Shown: positions 26,585 to 39,740, numbered from the stretch's first letter. The stretch is 43,592 nt of DNA from Sphyrna mokarran (GCA_024679065.1 JAGIQG010000287.1:1-43592), one strand, 5' to 3'. Notes: generated by a model not told the origin, from the sequence alone. Program-made: numbers and translations.

Positions 26585-27668
26585 TAGAACATAGAACATT
26601 ACAGCGCAGAATAGGCCCTTCGGCCTTCGATGTTGCGCCGACCAATTAGGAAAAAGAAATGACCCTTTAACCTAAACCATTCCCTTTTCGTCCATAAACT
26701 TATCTACTAACCTCTTAAACGCCACTAAACTTGGCGCATCTACAACTGCAGCAGGCAGGGCATTCCATACCCTTACCACCCTTTGGGTAAAGAACTTACC
26801 TCTGACATCCTTCATATAACTACCACCCCTTAATTTAAAACTATGTCCCCTCGTGCTAGTTTTCTCCATCCTAGGAAAAAGACTTTCACAGTCCACCCTA
26901 TCTAAACCTCTAATCATCTTATATGTTTCAATAAGGTCTCCACTTAGCCGCCTTCTTTCTAACGAAAACAACCTCAAATCCCTCAGCCTCTCTTCAGAAG
27001 ACCTGCCCTCCATACCAGGCAACATTCTGGTAAACCTCCTCTGTACCCTCTCCAATGCCTCCACATCTTTCTTATAATGTGGGGACCAGAACTGTACGGA
27101 ATACTCCATGTGCGGCCGCACTAGAGTTTTGTACAGTTGCAACATGACGTTGCGGCTCTGAAATTCAATCCCCCTTCCAATAAAAGCTAAGATTCTGTAT
27201 GCCTTCTTAACAACCTTGTCGACTTGATTGCCAACTTTCAGGGATCTATGCACATATACACCAAGATCCCTCTGTTCTTCAACACTATTAAGAGTCCTAC
27301 CATTAGCCCTATACTCTACACAAAAGTGTGAATTACCTCACACTTTTCTACATTAAACTCCATTTGCCACTTCTCGGCCCAGCTCTGCAACTTGTCCAAG
27401 TCTCTCTGCAAATTATAACACCTCTCTTCACTATCTACCACTCCACTTGTAACTGAACTCCACGATGAATAACTTCCATCAACCACCACCCTCTGTCTTC
27501 TATCTGCTAGCCAATTCCTAATCCAATTCGCTAAATCACCCTCAATCCCATACATCTGCATTTTCTGCAGAAGCCTTCCATGGGCCACCTTATCGAACGC
27601 CTTACTAAAGTCCATATATACCACATCAACTGCCTTACCCCCATCCACCTCTTTGGTCACTTTTTAAA
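26585..27668 (-). mobile_element. CR1 subfamily A with internal deletions
   Basis: SSVTSG joined directly to VVDSEE, so the PQG-FADD block is missing. Confidence 0.94.
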
Positions 27669-27784
27669 AAATTGTCATTGCTTCCTGTCTACAGTTCAGG
27701 ACCCACCCACATCTCGCCCACAAAAACAAACACCTCATAGCTTATGTTTAGCTGGGCGCTTCAGACTGATTCAAACTGTGGAGG

Positions 27785-28087
27785 AAAGGCAAAGTTTATT
27801 TGTTTCTGTTTTAGTCACAAATAGGCTTGCATTCACATTGCAATGGAAATCCCCATCTCGCCACATTCTGGCGCCTGTTCGACTACACTGAGGGAGAATT
27901 TAGCATGGCTAAATCACCTAACCTGCACATCATTTGGACTGTGGAGGAAACCGGTGAACCCGGGATAAACCCAAGCAGACGCGGGGAGAACGTGCAGATT
28001 CTACGCAGATAGTGACACAAGCCAAAAAAACCTAGGTCTCTGGCTCTGTGAGGCAGCAGTGCTAACCACTGTGGCACGCTGTCGCCC
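27785..28087 (-). mobile_element. HE1-related tRNA SINE
   Basis: gggcgacagcgtgccacagtggttagcactgctgcc head on the minus strand. Confidence 0.82.
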
Positions 28088-28132
28088 TTTTTTGGATTTG
28101 TTGCTGAAATCAACAGGTTGTGTTATTCACCT

Positions 28133-28151
28133 GGGCACAAGGGGGCAGCAC
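28133..28151 (+). promoter_or_regulatory. Possible CTCF site
   Basis: GGGCACAAGGGGGCAGCAC resembles the CCASYAGRKGGCRS consensus; motif match only. Confidence 0.35.
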
Positions 28152-28527
28152 TCTGATGTCGAGTGTTGCTTTGAATTCATTTGTTTCTGTTTCCAACCAG
28201 AAGTTGTCCGAAAAAGGATCATTAGAATGAAGAGTGAACATTACAGTTATTGTTTCACCCAGTGTCTGTTTCACTCTCTATCTTTCTATGGTATAATTAT
28301 CCTCTAAATCGTTGGAACATGGTCAATCTCTTCCAGGCTGATATTTATCCTATGCATTAAACTCCTTCCACATGGGGAGCTGATGGCTGAATACTATTTT
28401 CTGCCAATTTTCAAATAAAAACTCAACTAATGTTCTGGGGGCCCAAGTTCAAATCCAAGCAGATGGTGGAATTTGAATTTAATAAAAAAAAAATTGGAAT
28501 GAAAAATCTACCGATTACCGCAGCAGT

Positions 28528-29815
28528 AACATAGAACAAGCATACAGCACAAACAGGCCCTTCGGCCCACGAGTTGCACCGATCACATCCACCAATCCAC
28601 AGACCTATCTATAGCCCCCTATCCTATTCTTTTCCATATAGTTATCCAAAAGTCTCTTAAAAGACCCCAGTGAGTTTGCCTCAACAACCTCCCTCGGCAG
28701 TCGGTTCCATTCACTCACCACCCTCTGAGTGAAAAACCTACCCCTGACATCTCCTTTGTATTTGCTTCCCTGCACCTTAAATCTGCGTCCTCTCGTAGTG
28801 ACCATTTCAGCTCGGGGAAATAGTCTCTGAGAGTCCACCCTATCTATTCCTCTCAACATTTTATAAACCTCTATCAGGTCGCCTCTCAACCTACGTCTCT
28901 CCAGTGAGAAGAGTCCCAGCTCCCTCAACCTATCTTCATAAGGCCTGCCTCCCAATCCAGGCAGCATCCTTGTAAATCTCCTCTGAACCCTCTCAATAGC
29001 CTCGACATCCTTCCTATAATGAGGCGACCAGAACTGCGCACAATACTCCAACTGGGGTCTGACAAGATTCTTATAGAGCTGCATCATTACCTCCTGACTC
29101 CTAAACTCTATTCCTGGATTAATGAAGTACACCGTACACCTTCTTGACCACTTCCTCCACCTGCGAGGCTGATTTAAGAGTCCTATGGACCCGGACCCCG
29201 AGATCCTTCTGCTCTACAACACAGCTAAGACTCCTACCCCTTATATTGAACTTCTTCATCCCATTATTCCTGCCAAAATGGATAACTACACATTTATCAG
29301 GGTTGAAGTCCATCTGCCACTTCTCCGCCCAGTCTTGCATCCTGTCTATGTCCCGCTGCAACTTTTGGCATCCTTCCATATCGTCGGCGAACTTGCTAAC
29401 CCATCCCTCCACTTCCTCATCCAGGTCATTTATGAAAATGACAAACAGCAGGGTCCCAGAACAGATCCTTGGGGCATTCCACTGGTTACCGATCTCCATG
29501 CAGAAAAGACCACTCTCTGCCTTCTGCTGGCAAGCCAGTTCTGGATCCACGAGGCCAAAGCCCCTTGGATCCCATGCCCTCTCACCTTCTCCAGAAGCCT
29601 TGCATGGGAGACCTTATCAAACGCCTTACTAAAGTCCATGTACACTACGTCCACCACCCTTCTTTCGTCAATGTGTTCAGTCACATTTTCAAAGAACTCA
29701 ACTCGGCTCGTAAGGCATGACCTGCCCTTGACAAAACCATGCTGACTATTTCTAATCAGTTGAAACTTCTCTAAATGTTCATATATCTTATCCCTCAGAA
29801 GCCTCTCCATCAGAC
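28528..29815 (-). mobile_element. CR1 subfamily B, disrupted
   Basis: VRGHGIQGALASW, KFADD, FRSQEVMMQ. Confidence 0.94.
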
Positions 29816-30044
29816 ATATGATGGAGAGGCTTAACATATTTCAAGGCAAAGTTAGTACCAATGCCAGGAACTGATCACACAGGAAGTGAACGACTTTGAG
29901 AATGTTTCTCTGGATTGAACGAATTGGAGGAATAATTGAATGCAACCGCGGCATTCCTCAAGAAAAATTGTCCTGGTGGATTAGAAGTTGAAAACCTCAT
30001 GAGGTGGATAAACTGTCTTGAACACATTTTGTTTTCCCATCTCT

Positions 30045-30650
30045 TACCTTCCCTACAAAAGCAGGTGTCATGTAGAACGTCAGTAATGTCGCAGATAGAG
30101 TATCGTGGACAGCTCTGCTCTTCACATTATAGGAAAGATATGATTACACTGGAGGGGATGCAGAGAAGATTCACCAGGATGCTGTCTGGGGTGCAACATT
30201 TAAGTTACGGAGAGAACTAGGGAGGCTTAGGTCATTTTCGTTGGAGCGGGGGGGGGGTACCTGATTGAGGTGTACAAGATTATGTAGGACAGGGACAGGG
30301 TGGATAAGAAGCGGCAATTCCCCCCAGTTGAATGTGAGTCACGAAGGGATATAAGTTCAAGGTAAGGGGCAGAAGATTTCGGGGGGATATGAGGAAAATA
30401 TTTTACTCAGAGCTTGGCGATGGCCTGGAATGCGTTGTCTAGGGATGGGGGTGGTAGGCCTGGGTTGCCTCACATCCTTTGAGAGGTATCTGCATAAGCA
30501 CTTGGCACGTCATTTCATTCAAGGCTATGGGCCAATTGCTGGTAGTTGGGATTATTGGGCGTTCAGGTCATGGGAGCAGACTCGATGGGCCGAAGGGCCT
30601 CTTCTGCATTATGTGTAGTATTATGTGTAGTATTATTATGTGTAGTATAG
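30045..30650 (+). mobile_element. Old CR1 3' fragment with short tandem tail
   Basis: [20 protein letters not shown]; gggccgaagggcct; (ttatgtgtagta)x3. Confidence 0.8.
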
Positions 30651-32240
30651 CAAATGGCTCCAAAACAATTTACAATCTCTGTGCAAAATGGTTTATTTTG
30701 ACAAATGTAAAGCAGTGTTAATTTGAACGTACATCGACACATTGGTATCACAAATTGTCCAATGTTCTACATTACATCAGAAACTAGCAATTATCAATAT
30801 ATCCAAAAATCATCACGCAACACCTCAGATTCTCAATAGTTATGACATTAAAAATATGATGGGATAAGTCGTATCATCTCAGTTAAAAAAAAGTCATCTG
30901 AAATTTACTCACTTGTCTAATTTTCTAACGTGACTGAAGGATTGATGTTTGCAAATTTCGCCAGCAAACGTCTTGCAGTTCAAACCAATGCGTTACGTTT
31001 CAAGCTGTATGGATTTTATTTATTCATTCGTGGAACATGGGCATCGCTGGTTGGACAGTATTTTTTGCCCATTCCGAGTTGCTATTGGAGGGCAGTTAAT
31101 AATTAATCACACTGCAGTGGCTCGGAATTCACTTGTCAGCCAGACCGGTTAAGGAGGCATTTTTCTTTCTCTGGTGAATATTAGTGAACCAGATATTATT
31201 TTACGACAGTCGACAAGGGTCAACAGTAGATTATTAATGACAGAGATTTAAAACAATACAATAATAATAATCCAAATTTAACAATCTGCCGTGGTGGGAT
31301 ACAAAGCCCAATCCACATTAGCTAACATGCTGAATTATGAGTCTCGTGATAATGCCACTAGACCGCCGCATCAAGGTGCGAAAATTTACTGAGAATTAAG
31401 GGGAAAAAATACACCTTTAAAACGGTGGTTTGGTAAAAGAGGAAAATTCTCAAGGGCATTGGGAAAAAGCCGAGACTTTAGACTAAATTACCAGTTAAAA
31501 CAAATGACACTGGCTTGACGGGCAGAATGGCCTCTTTCTGGGCTGGAAATGACGACAGAAATAAGCTTCGAGTCTATAAAATCCACTTCCCCGTGTTATT
31601 ATACGGGAATATGGATTGCAGAAATGGTCTTTCAGGATTAAGTAACAATGTTCAATTAAATGTCCAACACTAGGCTGCATCCAGCTAAGGCTCGGGACAC
31701 ATTTAATCTTCAGAGATTTCAGATTCATGCAGCCGAAATCCCAAACCAGTTGCTAACAAGCCTGTTCTGCCCTTAATCCCATCTCCAACGCACACACACT
31801 CACCCTAAAATCTTTTTGTAAATTCGTTGAAGGGCCACCGGAAGCATCTTTGTTCTAAACCGCCATAGAAACAGGAATCACACAGCTTACATTTGGTATT
31901 CAAAACCTGTTTCACTGTTTAGGTAACTGGGGAAAAGGCACATTTTGGATTGTCCCTTGCACAATAACGGTAGAAAATGCGGAATACAATGTTAAAAGCC
32001 GATATAAAAATCAGAAGCATGAAGGGGTGAAATTGCATTGCAGGCCATATTTCGTCTTAGAATGGCGGACATTAAGGGAAAGTTCATTTTTCACCTTGGG
32101 ACCAACATAGTATTGAGCCGCCAATCCGCCCGAATTTGTACTGGCTGCACATTCAGAACTTCCGGTAGCACAAGAAGAATGCTTCCACAATAGTAGATTT
32201 CTAGGAAATACAGACTGAGTTCTCCCAATTTCCTCTCGAG

Positions 32241-32285
32241 TTAGAGTTTTGGATCCTCGTTAAAGGCCAGGCGAGCATAAAGTGT
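32241..32285 (-). CDS. IgSF receptor terminal coding exon with ITIM/ITSM-like motif
   Basis: Acceptor cctttttttcatccacAG; phase 0 matches the preceding donor; reads TLYARLAFNEDPKL*. Confidence 0.75.
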   Translation of the reverse strand, partial: TLYARLAFNEDPKL

Positions 32286-32859
32286 CTGTGGATGAAAAAA
32301 AGGTCTGTTAATACAATCCATACCATTGAGTTCCCCACCTCCTTCCCTCTTCCCCGCCACCACTCTACTCAATGGGTTTATGGTTGACGAGTAGCTCAAC
32401 TCACACACACACATACATTGAATAATCCTTAATCCATTCACTAACATAAATCTATCCGTCTCACTTTGGAGAGTCCCAAAGGTATAATGGCTCTGTATAG
32501 CTTTTTAGTGACCAGAAAGCCGACCCTCATTGTGTGGAGAAACGTTTTGATTTGATTTGGTTTATTCTTGCCTCATATATATTAGTATGTATTGAAAAGT
32601 ACTGCTTCTTGTCCAATAGTGACAAAGAGTGTCGTGTATGGAACAGGAATGGCGAGGGTGCAGATTATAATATTATAGTGATAGCTCACGTGTAGAGAAA
32701 GATCATCTTAATATGAGGCAGGTCAACTCTGACGGTAGCAGGGAAGAAGCTGTTCTTGGGTCGATTGGCACGTGACCTTAGACTGATGTATTTTTTTACC
32801 CCGAAGGAAGGAGGTGGAAAAGAGATGCGTGGGGTCCTTGATTATACTGGCTGTTTTCA

Positions 32860-33580
32860 CATATTACGATCACAGCTGATCGTCCAGCCCAAAAGCCTAA
32901 TCCTGACTTCTCCCCATTACCTTCGCCCCCAAGTGTATGTCTAGCCACTTCTCAAATACATTCAATTTTTTGGCGTCAACTACATCCTGTGGTAATGAAT
33001 CTCATAGGTTCACCACGTTTTGGATGATGAAATGTCTAGTCACCTTTGTTCTGGATGGTCTACCTAAAATCTCAGACTGTGGCTCCTCGTTCCGGACTCC
33101 CCCTAGCATCAGCAACATCCTCCCTGCATCTGCCATGTCTAGTCGTGTTAGAATTTCATAAGCCTGTGAAATCCCCTCATTTGTCTGGACTCCACTGAAA
33201 ACAATCCTGACCTAGTCAACCTCTCGTTATACATCAGTCCCGCCATTCCCGGAATGAGCCTGATAAATCTTCAATGCATTTCCTCCAGAGCAAGGACGTT
33301 CTTCCAAATTCAATACGCTTGGTATGTTTCCTGCTCTACCCAAATCCACAATAACTGGTCCTGTCCCATCACCCAATCTGTGATTGCTGTTTCTGGACTG
33401 CCCCAGCATCGGGAACATCCTTCCTGCTTCTAACCTATCTAGTCCTGTTAGAATTTTATGTCTGTGAAATCCCTCTCATTTGTCTGAACACGAGCGAAAA
33501 CAATGATAACCTCTTCAATCTCTCGTCAAACATCAGTCCTTCTATTCCCGAAATCAGTCTGGTAAACCATCGTTACACTC
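32860..33580 (-). mobile_element. Degenerate CR1 3' fragments with internal duplication
   Basis: Two related blocks at about 33085-33300 and 33385-33580. Confidence 0.7.
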
Positions 33581-33581
33581 C

Positions 33582-34362
33582 AGAACATAGAACATAGAAC
33601 ATAGAACATAGAACAATACAGCACACAACAGGCCCTTCGGCCTTCGATGTTGTGCCGACCAAAATAAAAAGCAATGCCCCTCCAAACTAAACCATTCCCT
33701 TCTCTTCCATATACTTATCAATTAACCTCTTAAACGCCACCAAACTTGGCGCATCTACAACAGCTGCAGGCAGGGCATTCCACTCCCTAATCACTCTATG
33801 AGTAAAGAACCTACCTCTGATATCCGTCCTATAACTCATACCCCTTAATTTAAAGCTGTGTCCCCTCGTGCTAGCATTCTCCATCCTAGGAAAAAGGCTA
33901 TCACTGAAAAGGATAAAACTGTCCACCCTATCTAAACCTCTCATCATCTTATATGTTTCAATAAGGTCTCCTCTTATCCGCCTCCTTTATAACGAAAACA
34001 ACCTCAAATCCCTCAGCCTCTCCTCATAAGACCTGCCCTCCATACCAGGCAACATCCTGGTAAACCTCCTCTGTACCCTCTCCAATGCCTCCACATCATT
34101 CTTATAATGTGGGGACCAGAACTGCACACAATACTCCAAGTGCGGCCGCACTAGAGTTTTGTACAGTTGCAACATGACGTTGCGGCTCCGAAATTCAATC
34201 CCCCTACCATAAAAGCTAAGACTCCGTATGCCTTCTTAACAACCTTATCGACTTGACTGCCTACTTTCAGGGATCTATGCACAAATACACCAAGATCCCT
34301 CTGTTCATCAACACTATTAAAAATCCTACCATTAGCCCTATACTCTACACATTTATTATTCT
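33582..34362 (-). mobile_element. CR1 subfamily A in the last intron of the receptor
   Basis: LVRPHLEYC..RFFTHRV; (ATAGAAC)n tail. Confidence 0.95.
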
Positions 34363-35141
34363 TGCTCTCTCAATGTTCTTGCTCTTTCAAGAGCAAGAAC
34401 ATTTTTCCATAGTGAATAAGCTTGATATGTTTCCTGCTCTGACCAAGACTGCAAGAACTACAAAGGATCATGAATGAGTCATGTCCTGTCATTCAAACCA
34501 GCCTCCCATCCAATGAATCTTTCGACACTTCCTCTTCCCCCGGCAAAGCAGTCAGCATAATTAAGGACCCCAGGCATTCCGGACGTTCCCTCTTTCACCT
34601 ACTTCCGTCGGGAAAAAGAAACAAAGGTCTGAGGTCACGTACCAACTGGCGTAAGGACAGCTTCTTCTCTGCTTCCATCAGACTTTTGAATGGACCTCGC
34701 TGTAAGTTGATCTTTCCCTACACCCTATCCATGACGATAACACTACATTCTCCACACGCTCCTTTCCTGCTCTATGAACGATATGCCTTCTCTGTATAGA
34801 GCGCAAGAAACAATTGTATTCCAATAAATTTGACAATATTAAATCAACTCTATGAATGGTATGCTTTTTCTGTATCACGCGCAAAAACAATACTTTTCAC
34901 GTATGCTAATATATGTGACAGTAATAAATCAACCCAAATCAAATGACCCACGAATAAATTGAACAAAAATATAACTTTGAAGAGGTGTCATTCGGCCTGG
35001 AGACTTTAATCTATCCGTCATGCCGCCAGGCTTGTTGAGAATTTCCAGAATTTTCTGTGTTGGTTGCGAATTCTAAATCGCGGATTAATAATTAATGAAA
35101 AATATCCGTGTGTTTTAGTAACAATAATTCTATTCATTCAC

Positions 35142-35200
35142 CTCTTTATCCTGTTTGTGTTCTCTGGATTCTGTCAGTTCCTCATCACTGTTCGCGGTTC
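35142..35200 (-). CDS. IgSF receptor cytoplasmic exon 1
   Basis: 138-nt intron after the TM exon; acceptor ctctatttctaacAG; donor GAG|GTGAAT; 59 nt; phase 1 to 0; open as (G)TANSDEELTESREHKQDKE. Confidence 0.78.
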
Positions 35201-35338
35201 CTGTTAGAAATAGAGATTGAAATGAAATTTAAAATGGCTACATTTCACACCGAACCCGTTCAGAGGTGTCAATAACTCAGTGATAAATGAGTGGATTGAG
35301 AGCGCCGTGGAGTAACAGCGTTTCCCAGCAATCATTAC

Positions 35339-35458
35339 CTCTCTGGCGGTTCCTGCAGATCATACTTCCGGCCACAAGGATCAATCCCAGAAGCAGAAAC
35401 GCCGCGGCCGACAAACCCCCGGAAAACATTAAATTACAGATGGATGAGGACGGAGAAT
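35339..35458 (-). CDS. IgSF receptor exon: short Cys-containing stalk and transmembrane helix
   Basis: Acceptor gtgtttttgcAG; donor G|GTAATG; phase 1/1; 120 nt. DSPSSSICNLMFSGGLSAAAFLLLGLILVAGSMICRNRQR has a hydrophobic span with no charged residue followed by a basic stop-transfer sequence. Confidence 0.85.
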
Positions 35459-35793
35459 CTGCAAAAACACTCACTCAACGGAAGTGAGGAAATAATTAAA
35501 CAAACGAAGGATTTTGTCCAATCTAACTTTACTGGAACATGGCAAAACGCTTTTTTTTGCACACGTTCCCATCACGCAATAGAGTAGCACTTGTGCAACA
35601 GAACACAAGGCGAGGTAGAGAGAGATAGTGGTAGAGAGACTGAGCACTTTTTTCGAACAGGACACACAGGGAGATGAAGTGAGAGAATGACAGAATCAGT
35701 TAGAGAGTAACTGCAGAATCCCATACCGCAGAAAAAGACCATTCGGGTCCTCGCGTCTACGCTTACAGCGATCCTACTCCATCCCTGTTACCT

Positions 35794-38090
35794 CATGAGC
35801 CAGACCAGGTGTTAGGCTTGGAAGTTGGTGAACATTTTGGTGATAGTGACCACAATTCGGTTACGTTCGCCTTAGTGATGGATAGGGATAGGCAGGAAGC
35901 TGGGGGCAGTAGTTATAGCTGGGGGAATGGTAATTATGAGGCCATAAGGAGAGAATTAGGGTGCATAGGTCGGACTAGGAAACTACAGGGACTGGGAACA
36001 TCTGAAATGTGGAGCTTATTCAAGGAATAGCTGCTGCGAGTCCTTGATAAGTATGTCCCTGTCAGGCAAGGAGGAAATGGTCGAGTAAGGGAACCGTGGT
36101 GTACTAGAAAAGTTAATTTGCTGGTTAAAAGGCAAAAGGAGGCTTATGTCAGGATGAGGATTGAAGGCTCAGTTAGTGCAATGGATAGCTATAGATTAGC
36201 CAGGAGGGAGCTAAAGAGTGACTTGAGGAGAGCTAAGAGGGGACACGAGAAGACTTTAGCTGATAGGATTAAGGAGAATCCTAAAGCTTCATTCAGATAT
36301 GTTAAGAATGGACGATTGGTTAGGGCAAGATTAGGGCCAGTCATAGACAGCAGTAGGAAGTTGTGCGTGGAGCCTGAAGAGATTGGAGAGGCACTGAACA
36401 AATATTTCTCTTCGGCATTCACGCAGGGAGATGTAAATGTAGTTGTGGAGAACACTGAGGTACAGGGTTGCAAACTGGAAAGTATTGAAGTAGATAGGGA
36501 GGATGTGCTAGATATTCTTGACGGTTTGAAATTAGATAAGTCCCCTGGGCCGGACGGGATTTACCCTAGGATTCTCTGGGAGGCAAGAGAGGCGATTGCA
36601 GAGCCTCTGGCTCTGATCTTCAGGTCGTCATTGGTTACGGGTATAGTTCCGGAGGACTGGAGGATAGCGAATGTGGTCCCATTGTTCAAGAAGGGGAAGA
36701 GAGACCTTCCAGGGAATTATAGGCCAGTGAGTCTTACTTCTGTTGTGGGCAAAGTATTGGAGAGAATTATCAGGGATAGGATTTATAGTTATTTAGAGAG
36801 AAATGAATTGATTGGGGATAGTCAGCATGGTTTTGTGAAGGGTAGGTCGTGCCTTACTAACCTTATTGAGTTTTTTGAAAAAGTGACCAAAGAGGTGGAT
36901 GGGGGTAAGGCAGTTGATGTGGTATATAAGGACTTTAGTAAGGCGTTCGATAAGGTGGCCCATGGGAGGCTTCTGCAGAAAATGCAGATGTATGGGATTG
37001 AGGGTGATTTAGCTTATTGGATTAGGAATTGGCTAGCAGATAGAAGACGGAGGGTCGTGGTTTAAGGGAGATATTCATCGTGGAGTTCGGTTACAAGTGG
37101 TGTACCTGAGGGGTCTGTTTTGGGGCCCCTGCTGTTTGTAATTTTTATAAATGATCTGGATGAGGGTATTGAAGGATGGATTAGTAAATTTGCGGATGAC
37201 ACTAAAGTCGGTGGAGTGGTAGATAGTGAAGAGGGGTGTTATAGTTTGCAGAGAGACTTGGACAAGTTGCAGAGCTGGGCCGAGAGGTGGCAAATGGAGT
37301 TTAATGTGGAAAAGTGTGAGGTAATTCACTTTGGCAGGAATAACAAATGTGTAGAGTATAGGGCTAATGGTAGGACTCTCAATAGTGTTGATGAACAGAG
37401 GGATCTTGGTGTATATGTTCATAGATCCCTGAAAGTAGGCAATCAAGTCGATAATGTTGTTAAGAAGGCATTCGGAATCTTAGCTTTTATTGGTAGGGGG
37501 ATTGAATTTCGGAGCCACAACGTCATGTTGCAACTGTACAAAACTCTAGTGCGGCCGCACTTGGAGTATGGTGTGCAGTTCTGGTCCCCACATTATAAGA
37601 ATGATGTAGAGGCATTGGAGATAATACAGAGGAGGTTTACCAGGATGTTGCCTGGTATGGAGGGCAGGTCTTATGAGGAGAGGCTGAGGGATTTGAGGTT
37701 CTTTTCGTTAGAAAGAAGGCGGCTAAGAGAAGACCTTATCGAAACATATAAGATGATGAGAGGTTTATATAGGGTGGACAGTGATAGCCTTTTTCCTAGG
37801 ATGGAGAAAGCTAGCACGAGGGGACATAGCTTTAAATTAAGGGGTGATAGTTATAGGACGGATATCAGAGGTAGGTTCTTTACCCAGAGGGAGGTTAGGG
37901 AGTGGAATGCCCTGCCTGTGGCAGTTGTAGATGCGCCAAGTTTGGTGGCGTTTAAGAGTTTAGTTGATAAGTTTATGGAAGAGAAGGGAATGGTTTAGTT
38001 TGGTGGGTCATTGCTTTTTTCATAATTGGTCGGCGCAACATCGAAGGCCGAAGGGCCTGTTCTGCGCTGTAATGTTCTATGTTCTATGTT
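35794..38090 (+). mobile_element. Longest CR1 subfamily A copy (end of APE endonuclease plus RT), two stops, antisense in the receptor C1-TM intron
   Basis: GDSDHN endonuclease motif, KSPGPDG, NYRPVSLTS, QHGF, FADD; stops ending at 36030 and 37065. Confidence 0.96.
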
Positions 38091-38092
38091 CA

Positions 38093-38338
38093 TGTATTTA
38101 CCCTCGTAATCCCCCTGGCACTCCGCTCAATTTAACAGGGCCAATCAACCAAACCTGCACATCTTTGGACTGTGGGAGAAAACCGAAGCACCCGGTGGAA
38201 ACCAACGCAGAGACGGGGAGAATGTACAGACTCCATACAGACAACCCCACTGCCCCCTCCCCCCCCCACCCTCCACGAGGCTGGAATTGAACCCAGGTCT
38301 CTTGTCGCTGTGCGAACAATTGTGCCACCATATTGCCC
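38093..38338 (-). mobile_element. HE1-type SINE
   Basis: tRNA-like head and aacctgcacatctttggactgtgggag core. Confidence 0.75.
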
Positions 38339-39467
38339 AATCGAGAGATTTGAAAAAAAAAATAGGACACAGGGAGATACAAAGATAATGACAGAGGGAC
38401 TGAACATGTTTTGAACGAGGCCCACATAGGGAAAGGTGTAGAGTGTAGAACATTCAGGGAGGAGAAAGAACCAAAATTTTACAGAGCCCAGTTTAAACGA
38501 CAAAGAAATAAAGTACGAAGTAGATTCATAGGGTTGCAGAGTCTCACAGGATGGAAAAAATCACTTCCGACCAACTTGTCTATCCCGCCCCCATTTTAAC
38601 CACTAAGCTAGTCTCATTTGCCCGTGTTTGTCCCATATCCCTCTGTACTGATCTTACCTATGCGACTGACTGATCTCCTTTTAAAAGACAAAATTGTACC
38701 GACCTCTGTTACTACTTCTGCCAGCTTGTTCCAGATACTCAACACACTGTGTGTGAAAAAAATGCTCCAGGTATATGGACAGAATTAATGATTCAAAAAT
38801 AGTCGGAGGTCACGTACCAACTGACTCAAACACTGCTTCTTCACTGCTACCTTCAGACTTTTGAATGCCAGCCGCACCCCCCCGCCCCAAATTCCCTACT
38901 ATTACGTTGATCTTTCTCTATACACTAACTATGGCTGTGACACCACATTCTGCACTTTCCTTTCCTTCCATTTGTACGATATATTTCCCTTCCATAGCCG
39001 CAAGAAAATCTTCTTTCCAATGTGTACTAATACATTTGACAGTAAATGAAATCAGATCCAATCTAATTCAATCGAGACATGTCCAGCAAAAAACTGCGCA
39101 TTAGCGCTTAGTTTATGTTCTCCCAATCTTAGATGGAGAGATGGACAGAATAGATAGAACAGATGACTTCTCCAAAAGTATTTAGCTCGATTTCCATTGG
39201 GGAAACATAGAGATTTTGAGGACGAGCAAAAAGGAGAGAATAAAATAGATATTCTTGGAGAGCGACAGGTGGGCACTTAGTTCAAGCACCATATTACTAG
39301 CACAACAATTGCAAATATAGAACACTGGGGAATACTAAATAAGCCAATAAATAAACGGGGAGAAGGAGAGAGAGAGGCAGAGAGTGAGAGAGAGAGAGAG
39401 ATGTGAAGTAGAACGGGAGTGAAAGCGATGCAAACAGTGTCCCAGGACAGACTGATGGAGACAGTTA

Positions 39468-39740
39468 CAATGTGGAGATGCCAGCATTAGACTGAGATAA
39501 ACATAGTAAGAAGTCTCACAACACCAGTTTAAAGTCTAACCAATTTATTTGATAGTAAACCCATAAGGTTTCGGGGTTTGCCCCTCCATCAGACAAAAGA
39601 AGAGTTCTGGCCTCAGACAGAGCATATATCTGAGGCCAGAATTCTCCATAAGCCTGGCCAAGGGGCAAACCCCGAAACCTTGTGAGTTTATTATCAAATA
39701 CATTGGTCGGACTTGAACCTGGTGTTGTGAGACATCTTAT
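39468..39740. mobile_element. Penelope-like fold-back element (arms about 110 bp) with a hammerhead-like motif in each arm
   Basis: 39507-39617 is an imperfect reverse complement of 39629-39739; GGGGCAAACCCCGAAA is present on each strand. Confidence 0.75.

Noticed and set aside
30913-30933. 21-nt micro-exon (cttcAG..GTGAGT, minus strand)
   Set aside because: Lies 3' of the predicted stop, has stops in phases 0 and 1, and has no phase-2 partner.
31702-31707. ATTAAA (minus strand) as the receptor poly(A) signal
   Set aside because: Plausible at about 530 nt after the stop, but cannot be distinguished from AATAAA at about 31015 or 30692 without transcripts.
35794-38090. Active or domesticated reverse transcriptase gene
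   Set aside because: 5'-truncated, lacks most of the endonuclease, and has two in-frame stops.
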